Virus record (IMG/VR): IMGVR_UViG_3300036851_000272
Span: 4,422 to 68,421 of that record
DNA: 64,000 nt
Direction: 5' to 3' (one strand)
Source of the DNA: a virus
Shown: positions 10,501 through 18,813 of the stretch, in pieces
Layout of the letters: each line of letters starts with the position of its first letter
Numbering within the stretch: the first letter of the stretch is position 1
Position numbers and translations under genes: made by a program
The notes under the pieces: model-generated
Told to the model about the DNA's origin: nothing
What the model saw: the letters and a program-made list of their open reading frames with translations, nothing else
The model's database searches: none

Positions 10501-11018
10501 GGCACGATCAAAGAGGTAGCCGCCGCAAAACTCTGCGCGCCAGTGCTCCACGTGTTGGCGGCGTCGGTGTATGCCGTAGCCCCGAACTGACGGGCCTTTG
10601 ACAGCGTGCTCGCCCAGGTGATGGTGTGCTGCGTCCCGGACGAAACGATGGTAACGTTCGTGTCGTTGACAAAGGTTTGAGTGGCGCTGGTCAACGTATT
10701 CAGCGAAGTGATCCCGCTGCCGCCGCCGCCAGCGCAGGTTACCCAATCGAGCACGGCGGCGCTGGACCAGCCGATGCAATTACCGGCAGAACCGTCAGCA
10801 GCCGGAAGCTGCCAGATGATATTCGCCGCGATGCTGGCAGGGGCCTTGAAGCCAACGTAGTTCGTTGGTGTTGTGGCCTCGTAGAAGCGCAATTGTCCCA
10901 CCGGGCTCTGCGTCGTTTCAGGCCGGATTGAAATCAGGCTCCGGTTGAACGACTGCCCGTGCAGTGCTGTGGCGATTAGAGAGTAGCCAAGCCAGTATCG
11001 AAGCCTACGCAATACCAT
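7596..11018 (-). CDS. Tail fibre / tailspike with beta-helix domain
   Basis: G/T/A/S-rich; DGTTDDLAAMQAC..GG pectin-lyase-like entry motif; ITGITNATPIVVTATSHGL module; DG..TSPAYSFSAD.NTGMYR fibre repeat; two ATATALA..P..CPGG.F....ANG.LTC repeats. Confidence 0.85.
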   Translation of the reverse strand: MVLRRLRYWLGYSLIATALHGQSFNRSLISIRPETTQSPVGQLRFYEATTPTNYVGFKAPASIAANIIWQLPAADGSAGNCIGWSSAAVLDWVTCAGGGGSGITSLNTLTSATQTFVNDTNVTIVSSGTQHTITWASTLSKARQFGATAYTDAANTWSTGAQSFAAATSLIVPAAAGAAPTASGSIMYDSTANTWEGGVNGANKTFLFTDGNAATATALAANPTDCPGGEFANAIAANGNLTCSAPAGGGNVNVTGATTSGNVVIWNSTGGSVDNVGVDYDTAATNNTIVQRTSDGSIAGFTGSFQTLVIGPATDVVTAFFRRGAAGATDIVKFQTQVGGDLTSFDNSGNFTGRAATATALASDPAACPGGQFVTDVAANGTLTCAVASSGFVSGPGSSTIGFVPRWNNTAGTQIDGGYPVQTTTPTATALIGTDSLKGFKAYDKGGTVFHCSGYGVVADGTTDDLAAMQACRDALPTTGGVMQAPCGDIALSDALELGNGTVGGTASTRHGITLRGCGKGELTNASGGSAAYTGATRFKSISTTGLSEVTITGITNATPIVVTATSHGLETQDLATIDQAGRNGSCSNDNAANGTWTVRKIDANNVELRGSVGNGTFFSTGCTPKLYKSKPVIRVAGPITNVHLENIQVDGAVANSGGITGTLVTTGTTGSGVGIEWRHVTSGGMRNVGVNGFVLAIDMRTSNTTNASVNYFNCNSLIQHIVIGTPAHQRASGMRWSGYDIAAVYPEGGADTCSNKIDDLKIMFGMGIGSYAVEEGYSDNNVIRHGQFGGPGGTSGGKDWRRVQPINYVNMPAANRCDMCFSNSALVENQSEGRNLWLPNFGETELEGSLDDMVANLPFTNLNVRGFTDRGRFFNTYMQARDGAVTSPAYSFSADVNTGMYRVGADDIGFATGGVLRAKIGTAVESKGSLAGFLNDDRTTGASKAWEWYADGGSERLYSFLKGWDVLSIADTGTTTWQSQETGGFNVFLREYGNAATTDRAGLHIYRAGGTIASPSDVTAGMRLGTFTMAGRVNAVDLFAVRIDGYADAVSSPNATSSLRFATAENAAFPTDVFKMNAYGGLEFQRGRTKSDLDTLASGGFTPNGSIWFCSDCTHGSSTCAASSTGAIAKRLNGAWACD

Positions 11019-11656
11019 GCGTCATCTCCTGCGGGATCACCCGCCACTTTGCGGTATGAAAACGTTACCCAGGATAGAGTGTTTGCTGTGCCATCGAGCG
11101 CGGTCGTGGGCGCATTCTTGAATGATGCGTGCCATGATGGGACTCTCCCGCCGGTGCCGTCCTGCGCCAGGTAAAACGTCACGTCAAAACACGCCGACGG
11201 TGCGGGATTTAGAGGAATCGGGAACGACGCCGCGTTCATCGTGTAATTCATCGCAACCATGACGCCTCCCGCAATCTGCGCGGCGAACTTCCTAAAATCC
11301 GCCTCTGTGTCGTAGGCCAAAACCGCGAGCGGGCTTTCCAATCGGCTGACGGCATTATAAGTGGAGAGGAAAAACACCCGTCCCTTGAACATCTGAATTG
11401 CCCGCTGTCCGGGGGGCATTTCATACTCTGGCAATCCCGCGTCCTGATCGACACGCAGCCGGTAGTGCGTGAAGTTCTGTAAATCCGGCGCTTCCCATGT
11501 GAGCCAGCCGGGGAATGCCCCCTGAAAACTGAGCGGCACCTCCGGCCTCCGGGGATCGATGTTGGCAACTCGTTGCAACATCCTTCCTGTCGGGGTGCCC
11601 AGTGCCGATTCCAGCCGCAGTGGGGCGGGGTCAACTCTAACCTCATCGCTAGGCAT
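10976..11656 (-). CDS. Tail-associated protein
   Basis: C-terminal LAQDGTGGRVPSW fibre-type module; lies between nozzle and fibre. Confidence 0.6.
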   Translation of the reverse strand: MPSDEVRVDPAPLRLESALGTPTGRMLQRVANIDPRRPEVPLSFQGAFPGWLTWEAPDLQNFTHYRLRVDQDAGLPEYEMPPGQRAIQMFKGRVFFLSTYNAVSRLESPLAVLAYDTEADFRKFAAQIAGGVMVAMNYTMNAASFPIPLNPAPSACFDVTFYLAQDGTGGRVPSWHASFKNAPTTALDGTANTLSWVTFSYRKVAGDPAGDDAWYCVGFDTGLATL

Positions 11657-13865
11657 TCCTGTTTTCTGTGTGCGCTATGGTCAACATCTGAGCCATGATT
11701 GCGCCGTAAAAGTTCGAAGCGAACGCGAGATCTCCCTCGAAGTCCGGTATTGAGAAATAGTCCCCGAAGTCGGCACTGTGCGAACGAACGGTGAACCCGA
11801 ATTTCCACCAGCGATGATGCCGGAGCAGGAGTTTGGCCCGGTAGACATAGTCATACAGCTCCTGCTTGGTTTTCTCGAATGCTAGTTGCGTTCCCGCTCC
11901 CGGAGTGACGGCGCCAACGAACCCGGTGAAGAACTCGGCGCTCACTGCCGGGACTAGCAGCGCCGGAGCTACCGCACCGTCTCCTACAATGTCCAAAAAC
12001 GGAATCTCGAATCGCCTCGATGGATCTCCAAAATCCACCCAGTTGCTGATGTAGTATCCATTGGGCAATTCGGATGTCGTGAATGCCTGTGTGGTCGCCG
12101 ATGTGAACACATCGTTCTTCGTATAGAGTTTGAACGAGTGGTCCGGTTGCCCGCCGATGCTATAGAGACCTGCTTTGTTGACGTTGTCTCCAGCGCCGAT
12201 CACGCGGTACACGTTACCATCTCCGTCCGTCATATTGGCGTAGCAAGTGACAAGAGCATACGGCTCTGTTGTAGTTGTCACCCCATTCCCGAAATCGTGG
12301 CAAAGGCACCGCTGCAAGCTATCGGAAAAGTAGTAGACCATCACCATATCAACGTTGTTCAGCGGATCATACTGATAGCCGATGCAGGAAACAAAAGTTC
12401 CAGGAGGGATTGTTCCGTCGTAGTCCGAGGAGAGAATCTCGACAGACTCGGTTCCCGGCCGCAAGATGGCGATTTGATTGTTCTGTGTCACCCAGCAGGT
12501 GCCGTGCCTCGTCTTGCACCACATGCGATTGCTGTTCGGAGTTCGGATGCCATGAGTATCGCTGACTGTTGCCCATTCGTGCGGGCCGTCCGCCTGTTGT
12601 CGCAGTAAACGCGTATGTGTCGGGCTGAATACACCACAACTGACTCCGTCAGGCGCCGGGAAAACAGTTACCGGGTACTGGCCACTTGGAACCTGCGATG
12701 CGGCATTTGGATCGAAAGACTCCAGTGGGTCCCCGAGAAAATTCTGATTTTTGCTGTCGCCGTCAGCCGCCGACCAGCCGACCGATGCCAGTTCGCGCTC
12801 GGTGTAGATGTATTCTACCGTTGTGGTTTCCGCCTGGCTTTTGTTTTTGAAGGGAGAAAGGATATAATAAATCCTCCCATTGACGTAGCACATGGAAGCA
12901 ACTGCGCGCGGCGGGTAATTTTTGGTCGGCATGCGATGGGTTGCGTCGAGTGTCCAGCCGTTATCGGTACCGGCTTCGATGGAAAGACTAATGCCTGCCG
13001 GAATTCCGGCATCGGTAACGGACACCTTGAATGGCCCATCCAGTGTGCTGTTCAGGATGAGGTACGGCACGTCATATCCATCCAAAGTTGCATAAAAGAC
13101 GTAGTACAATTCAGCGGTCTCGGCGGCGGAATGGGTGACATAGTTGACAAAATTCAAACCACCGGCCAGGATCGTTCCGGTACCAGAAGATGGAGCCAGA
13201 GTGCCCAGACTGACACCGTTAGAGTAATGTTGCGTGGCTGAATTGAACAATCCAACGTAGATCTTGAGGGATGTCCCGACTTTGTTGTTTCCCGCGCCGG
13301 CGTTGAACACGGCCAATGGGGTGCCTCCCTCGACCACTGGATACAGACCCCAATAGCGCACCTCTCCCGTAAGCGTTGTCGCGCTCGGACGCCACTGGCT
13401 CATAGCCGGAAAACTCGCCGTTCCCGAGGCGGCCGCCGCCCTGATTCCCAACCCATTTTTGTATACCACTGAATCGGGTAGCTCGGCGTAGGCGAGAGCG
13501 CTGGTGACATCGTCCCATGTGGCTAACAGCGCTTCGACAATCACGCTTTCATCGAGAGTGAATACGCCCGCATTGATCGAGAGCCGAATCAGTTTGACAG
13601 CCCCAAAGGAGTCCTCTAACTGGACCAGATTGTAACGGTACCCATACTGTTGCGTGATGGAGATCGGCATCAACTGAATAATCTGCTGCGTGGAGATGGC
13701 CTGGACTCGCGCCTTGCGCCCGCCTGCCAGCCGCAGCCAGTTTCCCGGCATGACGGTCAGGTTCTGACAGAGGCTCGCCGATCCAGGTATCCGCTTCAGT
13801 GGATGATCGGCAGTATAGAGACCACCGAAGGCGAACTGTGTTGCTGGCTGAAGCTGCTTGCCCAT
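11649..13865 (-). CDS. Tail nozzle / tubular protein B-like
   Basis: 738 aa beta-rich; N-terminal F.FGGL....P.....G.ASLCQN...PGN.LR..GG.K pattern; follows adaptor. Confidence 0.7.
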   Translation of the reverse strand: MGKQLQPATQFAFGGLYTADHPLKRIPGSASLCQNLTVMPGNWLRLAGGRKARVQAISTQQIIQLMPISITQQYGYRYNLVQLEDSFGAVKLIRLSINAGVFTLDESVIVEALLATWDDVTSALAYAELPDSVVYKNGLGIRAAAASGTASFPAMSQWRPSATTLTGEVRYWGLYPVVEGGTPLAVFNAGAGNNKVGTSLKIYVGLFNSATQHYSNGVSLGTLAPSSGTGTILAGGLNFVNYVTHSAAETAELYYVFYATLDGYDVPYLILNSTLDGPFKVSVTDAGIPAGISLSIEAGTDNGWTLDATHRMPTKNYPPRAVASMCYVNGRIYYILSPFKNKSQAETTTVEYIYTERELASVGWSAADGDSKNQNFLGDPLESFDPNAASQVPSGQYPVTVFPAPDGVSCGVFSPTHTRLLRQQADGPHEWATVSDTHGIRTPNSNRMWCKTRHGTCWVTQNNQIAILRPGTESVEILSSDYDGTIPPGTFVSCIGYQYDPLNNVDMVMVYYFSDSLQRCLCHDFGNGVTTTTEPYALVTCYANMTDGDGNVYRVIGAGDNVNKAGLYSIGGQPDHSFKLYTKNDVFTSATTQAFTTSELPNGYYISNWVDFGDPSRRFEIPFLDIVGDGAVAPALLVPAVSAEFFTGFVGAVTPGAGTQLAFEKTKQELYDYVYRAKLLLRHHRWWKFGFTVRSHSADFGDYFSIPDFEGDLAFASNFYGAIMAQMLTIAHTENRNA

Positions 13866-14513
13866 TTACCGGACGTAACTCCGCCGCCCTCCCGTGGACT
13901 TATTCGGACTCTCGGCGATCCGGGCGATGTACTCGCCATATTCCTGCGCCGCCGACATGTAGCGGTCATCCTGGATGCCGAACCGCGTCATATAGATCTG
14001 TTTCCTGAGGCCCAACACGAGCCCCCACTGAAAGTCAGCGGGGATGTAGGGGTTTAGCTGCACGCTGGACGTATCGTCAGGGAACGGAATCATCCGGTCG
14101 TAGACTAGCGCCACGGTATAAGCTGTATCTGCGGGACAGTTGAAGAAAACACGCCGGAAAAGACTGCCGTCGAACTCCAGCATATAGCCGGTTGGCTTCC
14201 CCGCCGTGGTATTCGCCTTTGCGGCCATGATCCACGACTCGTCATCGCCAAAATAGGGCAACCCGGTATCGTAATCCGGCGCCAGCGCCACCTTCTTCAT
14301 GTGGCGGAAATCGTCATTGTCGATATCGACAAATTGAGCCGCGGCCGCAAGGGGCCGGGCAACATGCCTGCGCGTCCATGCGGGATAGCCCGCGTCGTGG
14401 AAGAATTCGTAGACTACCTTGTGCCGTAGAACAAACTTCAGGTTGGCTCCTGAAAGCTCAGCTGTGGAGATGCCGTCCAGGTCGGCAAAATTTTCAATCT
14501 CTGCCGTTGTCAT
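13866..14513 (-). CDS. Head-tail adaptor / tubular protein A-like
   Basis: 215 aa; GKPT.Y...P.DTAYTV.L.Y...IPADFQW.LV.G pattern; synteny. Confidence 0.7.
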   Translation of the reverse strand: MTTAEIENFADLDGISTAELSGANLKFVLRHKVVYEFFHDAGYPAWTRRHVARPLAAAAQFVDIDNDDFRHMKKVALAPDYDTGLPYFGDDESWIMAAKANTTAGKPTGYMLEFDGSLFRRVFFNCPADTAYTVALVYDRMIPFPDDTSSVQLNPYIPADFQWGLVLGLRKQIYMTRFGIQDDRYMSAAQEYGEYIARIAESPNKSTGGRRSYVR

Positions 14514-15337
14514 GCGAGTTTCTTGAATGTCTCGGCAATGTTCACCGAGCGAAGTTTTTGCGTGGTTTTGGGAATGTAGTCCTTGATCCCGAACGGATAA
14601 TCTCCCATGTGACCCACCGCAATCTCAGGATCTACAAGCACTTTTATGCCAAGCTGGATCAGCCGCGTCGAGAATCCGATATCCTCGCCAAGTTGCCACT
14701 GTGCATCATCCACGGGATAATCGAAAATTCTGACAAAGGCATGTTCAGCATACAGGTGCCGCCGCTTTGCTTCGATGCGAGCGGCCTCTACCTCTATTTG
14801 AAATGGATTGACTTTCATGCGTCGAAAGGTGCGCTCGTTGTCCATCACCCAATCTTGAGCACTCAGGTAATGCTCGATCAGGCGCTCCACGGTGTCTTTG
14901 CGCAACGCCAGAAACGCGGCCCCAACGCCAAACTGGCCGATTGTAGGAGACCGATCTGGGTCCGCCGCATGCATACCTCGAATCTGATCCATGTGTACGA
15001 ACTGATGAGCGTCCGGATCCCACGCTTTGAGAGCCAACTGAACGGGCTTGGAGCGTGTAGTACAGATACCGACCGCCACTGGCGCCTCATGCCGTAAAAT
15101 CTTCCAGATGGCGTCCGGCTCGGGCAACATATCGTCGTCGATCATAACGGCATAGTCCGCTACCGGGTTCATCTTGGCAAGCGCTTCATTGCGGGCGGCA
15201 TGTAGCAGTGATGAGCCGTATGGGACCATTACCGTTTGCATGCCTTTCCGGTTTGCTTCAGATATGGCGGTAGATATGGCGGTAAAGCAATACGGGTTTG
15301 CTCCCCGGTACGTGGCTATCTGGATTTCAGCCTTCAC
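14510..15337 (-). CDS. GT-A fold (family 2-like) glycosyltransferase
   Basis: HAARNEAL, YAVMIDDDM (DxD), GAAFLAL, GEDIGFS, VDP.I.VGH.G. Confidence 0.85.
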   Translation of the reverse strand: MKAEIQIATYRGANPYCFTAISTAISEANRKGMQTVMVPYGSSLLHAARNEALAKMNPVADYAVMIDDDMLPEPDAIWKILRHEAPVAVGICTTRSKPVQLALKAWDPDAHQFVHMDQIRGMHAADPDRSPTIGQFGVGAAFLALRKDTVERLIEHYLSAQDWVMDNERTFRRMKVNPFQIEVEAARIEAKRRHLYAEHAFVRIFDYPVDDAQWQLGEDIGFSTRLIQLGIKVLVDPEIAVGHMGDYPFGIKDYIPKTTQKLRSVNIAETFKKLA

Positions 15338-15735
15338 CGGGCCGCTTTCCCTGCCTGCTCCCGCTCCGCAATTTTCCTTAGCAGATCGTTTTGAACGGTC
15401 AACTCGCGAACCTTCTCTTCAAGAAGGGAGGTTTTATCGTTCGAGAGCTTCAGCTTGTCTTCGACGGACGTACTCAGTTCCAGATACCTGGCGTAGTCAA
15501 TGATTTCATTCTCACCAGTAGCAACCCATATGTCCATAATGGCCTGCTCTTCAGGATCGTTTGTGATGTATCGTCCGAATTTGCCGAACGGCTGGAAATG
15601 GGCTATTCGCTCGCCGAGCCGGTGAACCATTTTGTTTTCGTCCATCACCTGTTTCCCGAGAGTGAGGCGCACCACAGCCGTTCCGGAGGGATGAAAATAC
15701 TGTTTCGCTTGAATCTGTTCTTGCACTGCCGTCAT
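15334..15735 (-). CDS. Hypothetical protein after capsid gene
   Basis: AAGGA RBS before MTAVQEQ; C-terminal coiled coil. Confidence 0.65.
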   Translation of the reverse strand: MTAVQEQIQAKQYFHPSGTAVVRLTLGKQVMDENKMVHRLGERIAHFQPFGKFGRYITNDPEEQAIMDIWVATGENEIIDYARYLELSTSVEDKLKLSNDKTSLLEEKVRELTVQNDLLRKIAEREQAGKAAR

Positions 15736-15753
15736 GTTGTTTTTCCTTGGTTT

Positions 15754-15783
15754 GTGCGGGCATGAATTACTCCACGCCCGCAC
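15754..15783 (-). other. Stem-loop downstream of capsid gene
   Basis: GTGCGGGC...GCCCGCAC 8-bp inverted repeat; no U-tract, so mRNA-stabilising rather than a terminator. Confidence 0.45.
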
Positions 15784-15804
15784 CGTTATTCAGATAGGCA
15801 ACGC

Positions 15805-17088
15805 TTACGACTGGTAATCGGTGACGTTGTAGAGTTTCGCGTGGCGTCCACCACCGGCAAGCCCGGAAGCTGAAGATGGATTGGACCCGAATTTGATCTT
15901 GAAAGCGATCTCGGCGATGATCTGATCTACCTTTTTATCGTCGCCATTCTGCACCACGTCTTCCTGGAGCATGATGTTCCGGGAGCCGCCAGCGCCTTCG
16001 AGCCAGAGCATCTCGATCTCATCGAAGTCGAGTGAGAAGGCAACGCCAGCCATTCCCTGGCCAGCCGCCGAGGTGCCCGAGGTAGGTACGTAATCCTGGA
16101 GCATCCAGTCGGTGATCATCGCCCACGTGCCGTAGGGAGTCTCAACCTCCTGAATGTCCACACCGAACTTCTTCTCTCCGGGCCGGACCATGAGGAAGTT
16201 CGTTCCCCACATGTTGATCGCGGAGCGGATGCGTGGCGCGCAGACAAGCATGGCGCGCTTATTGCGGGCGTAGCGGAAAGACTGTTGGGCGAATCCGTCC
16301 AGGAAGATCTTGGGCGTCAGCACGCCGCCTGCGTTGGTAACGTTGCCGGATGCGCCGATGGCGTAATTGATGCCCATGGTCGAACGAATTGGCCGGCCAT
16401 TGTCTCCTCCAGTGAGATCCTGCGATGGTTGTCCCCAGTAGAGCGCGGCGTTGAGTTGCTCCTTGAACTCGACCATCTTTTGGCGCTGAAGGCGTTTCCG
16501 CTCGTTGCCGGCATCGCCGTATTGTTTTGAAGCGATATAGGTGTTGGTCAGATCGAGGACGGCCTTGAAGATTTGCGTGTAGGTTGTTTTGTTGACCTGC
16601 GATTGATACTTTGCTGTCGGCAATACGCCACCTTCCTCATTGGCCGAGCCGATGAGGCGAAGTGCGCCATTAGCGCCGATAGTGGCAACGGTAGACCCAC
16701 CAAAGGCGCGCTTGACTGCAATGACCGTAGCGCCGATTGAAGTGACTCGAATCATTTCCGGCAACGCATTGGAGTCAATGGCCTTGGGCACCATGAACAC
16801 GTCGCCTTTTGCAAAAACAGTTCCGTCAACGACCGTCAGAGTTGTGTTCGCCACATCGTTAGTGGAAGTTGTAGATCCGTTTTGTCCCCAGCGGGCGATG
16901 TAGTCCTGCTCCAGCCATTCAATAACGGGAGTCTCGGTCTTTTGCTTGTGCTTCATCTGAAGCAAAAGCGTCAAGAGTGGTTTTTCGTTGGGCTCCAACT
17001 CCATGATCTCGTCGGTAATGTTGCGTACTAGACGATTATCGGTGGTGATGGCAGCGATTGTGCTTCTAACGCCAGTGGTTTGCGCCAT
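15805..17088 (-). CDS. Major capsid protein (SU10/DUF5309-like, HK97 fold)
   Basis: PLLTLL...IEWLEQ, G.ANEEGG, YTQIFK, E..AL.WG, RSTMGI, G..I..VETPYG; AGGAGAGG RBS; follows scaffold. Confidence 0.9.
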   Translation of the reverse strand: MAQTTGVRSTIAAITTDNRLVRNITDEIMELEPNEKPLLTLLLQMKHKQKTETPVIEWLEQDYIARWGQNGSTTSTNDVANTTLTVVDGTVFAKGDVFMVPKAIDSNALPEMIRVTSIGATVIAVKRAFGGSTVATIGANGALRLIGSANEEGGVLPTAKYQSQVNKTTYTQIFKAVLDLTNTYIASKQYGDAGNERKRLQRQKMVEFKEQLNAALYWGQPSQDLTGGDNGRPIRSTMGINYAIGASGNVTNAGGVLTPKIFLDGFAQQSFRYARNKRAMLVCAPRIRSAINMWGTNFLMVRPGEKKFGVDIQEVETPYGTWAMITDWMLQDYVPTSGTSAAGQGMAGVAFSLDFDEIEMLWLEGAGGSRNIMLQEDVVQNGDDKKVDQIIAEIAFKIKFGSNPSSASGLAGGGRHAKLYNVTDYQS

Positions 17089-17118
17089 GGCCTCTCCTGA
17101 TTTCGGTTAGCGCCGGGA

Positions 17119-18327
17119 TCAACTGTGGAAAAGGTCCGACATTGGCATCCCGGAGGTGGAATGGGCATCCGCCCACTCATTCGGTTTCTTGCCGGATATA
17201 GATCCGGCAGTGCGAGTCTTGCCAGTGTTCATCGACTGGCGTACCCGCTCTGTTTCCGTGGTCCGCTTTTCTTGCGTGCGGCCTTGCTCGATGAGTTCCT
17301 TCGCCTTGCCGGGGCTGAGCCCGGTATTTCGAGTTTGTTTATGAAACTTCGCCGCGAACCCGTAGATGTCGAAGTATTTTTGGGCTTGAACATCGGGAGA
17401 GTCCCCTGGCTTGATCATGTCCAACCACTCGGGGAAGGCTTTCATGATTCGGTTAAACGCATTATTCGGATACTTGCCAACAGATCCGTCACTGTTGCGG
17501 ATCTCGATGGTTCCTGTCTCCGGCTTGAAAAGCTCGTCAATCACGGGAGCGAAGGTTGTGCTCTCCGCCAACTTCGTCAGCGCCTTTCGGCTTGCCTGCT
17601 GGCTCTCCCGTTCCTGCCGTGTTTGCTGGAACGAGGTTTGCACATCGGTCAGTTCCTTCTGCTTAAAATCGCGCAGCGTTGCCTGAAGCATCGCTTCAAA
17701 TTGCGGCAGCGCTTCGCGAACCACCATGCGTCGGAAACGTGCCTCCTGGATCTGCTGCACCACAGGATAGTTGCCAGCCTGTAACGCTTCAATTTCCTGC
17801 TGGTGGGACTGATCCCAGGTCTCCCACTTGTCGCCGATGTCACCGTAGGTCAGCCGCCCATTGTTGCCGTTATTGCCGTTATTCGGCGGAGCCTGATCGA
17901 CTTTCAGTGGTAGAGCGGGCAGAGCCACGGGCGCCGGAGGCGCGAAGGAGGCGCGCAGCTTGTCGTACTCGGCCATCCAATCATCCGCCAACGGCGCTGC
18001 CGCATCCGCCTTGAGTTTGTCAGCCGCCGCGATATCAGCCAGCATTTGGGCGATGGCCGGATTGGTTGGATCAACGCCGTAGCGTTTTGCCAGTTCTTGA
18101 ATATGGGCGTCATCCGTTTGCGCAGCGCCGGGTTCTGTAACCTCCAAATCTTCGGTGGTCTCAGGTTGCGTGTCGATTCCGTCATCAACTGGCTGATCGC
18201 GCTCGCCCGCGCGCTCATCGGTGGCTATCCCCCTCAGTGCGTCGCCAGGTGCGGCAGCGGGGGTAGGCGGCGCGGTAGAAGGCGTTGCCGCTGCTGTTTG
18301 CGGGGCCGTTTGTGTGATTGCTTCCAT
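17119..18327 (-). CDS. Capsid scaffolding protein
   Basis: Acidic Pro/Ala-rich N-terminus, helical body, directly upstream of capsid gene. Confidence 0.7.
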   Translation of the reverse strand: MEAITQTAPQTAAATPSTAPPTPAAAPGDALRGIATDERAGERDQPVDDGIDTQPETTEDLEVTEPGAAQTDDAHIQELAKRYGVDPTNPAIAQMLADIAAADKLKADAAAPLADDWMAEYDKLRASFAPPAPVALPALPLKVDQAPPNNGNNGNNGRLTYGDIGDKWETWDQSHQQEIEALQAGNYPVVQQIQEARFRRMVVREALPQFEAMLQATLRDFKQKELTDVQTSFQQTRQERESQQASRKALTKLAESTTFAPVIDELFKPETGTIEIRNSDGSVGKYPNNAFNRIMKAFPEWLDMIKPGDSPDVQAQKYFDIYGFAAKFHKQTRNTGLSPGKAKELIEQGRTQEKRTTETERVRQSMNTGKTRTAGSISGKKPNEWADAHSTSGMPMSDLFHS

Positions 18328-18339
18328 ACTTTCGGCTGG

Positions 18340-18609
18340 TTATTCCAGCGCTTCCTTTCGTTTGGCTACATATCTCTCGGAGAGTGAGCCGATTCTGGGA
18401 ACGATTTCGGTCAAGGCCGCTCCGAAGCCGGCCCATTTCGCTGCCTCGTGGAACCGCTCGCTGGATACCGCCGCGATCATCGAATTGAGCGCGTCCTGCT
18501 CCATAACCATCAGCACGTTGGCGAGAAACGTCATTAAATCCGAGTCTGCGTAGACGCTATGGGCTCTGGCGAGGTCGGTGTCGGTCAATTCGAGTTGTGC
18601 TTGAATCAT
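18340..18609 (-). CDS. Small helical protein between portal and scaffold
   Basis: 89 aa, position conserved in podovirus head modules. Confidence 0.6.
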   Translation of the reverse strand: MIQAQLELTDTDLARAHSVYADSDLMTFLANVLMVMEQDALNSMIAAVSSERFHEAAKWAGFGAALTEIVPRIGSLSERYVAKRKEALE

Positions 18610-18636
18610 GCGAGCGTAATCTTGCTAAAATTAAAT

Positions 18637-18794
18637 GGCGGATGCGAGTCCAAATGGCTGTGACACGGCCAGCCACGCGCCGTAAACGAATAGAGCGCTG
18701 GCTCTGCTCACAAGGCAACCAGAGACACGGCTGTAAAGCTGCAATCTTGCCACCGTAGCTTAGTGCCGTCGGTGGCTCTCGAGGATTGCAGCCA
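18637..18794 (+). ncRNA. Candidate structured antisense small RNA
   Basis: TGnTAAAAT at 18623-18631; several hairpins incl. 18738-18792 with G.U pairs that form only on + strand. Confidence 0.4.
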
Positions 18795-18813
18795 TGGTTT
18801 CATTCCCAAACTC

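Noticed and set aside
18637-18794. tRNA or tmRNA
   Set aside because: No T-arm or pairing acceptor stem; kept only as generic ncRNA candidate
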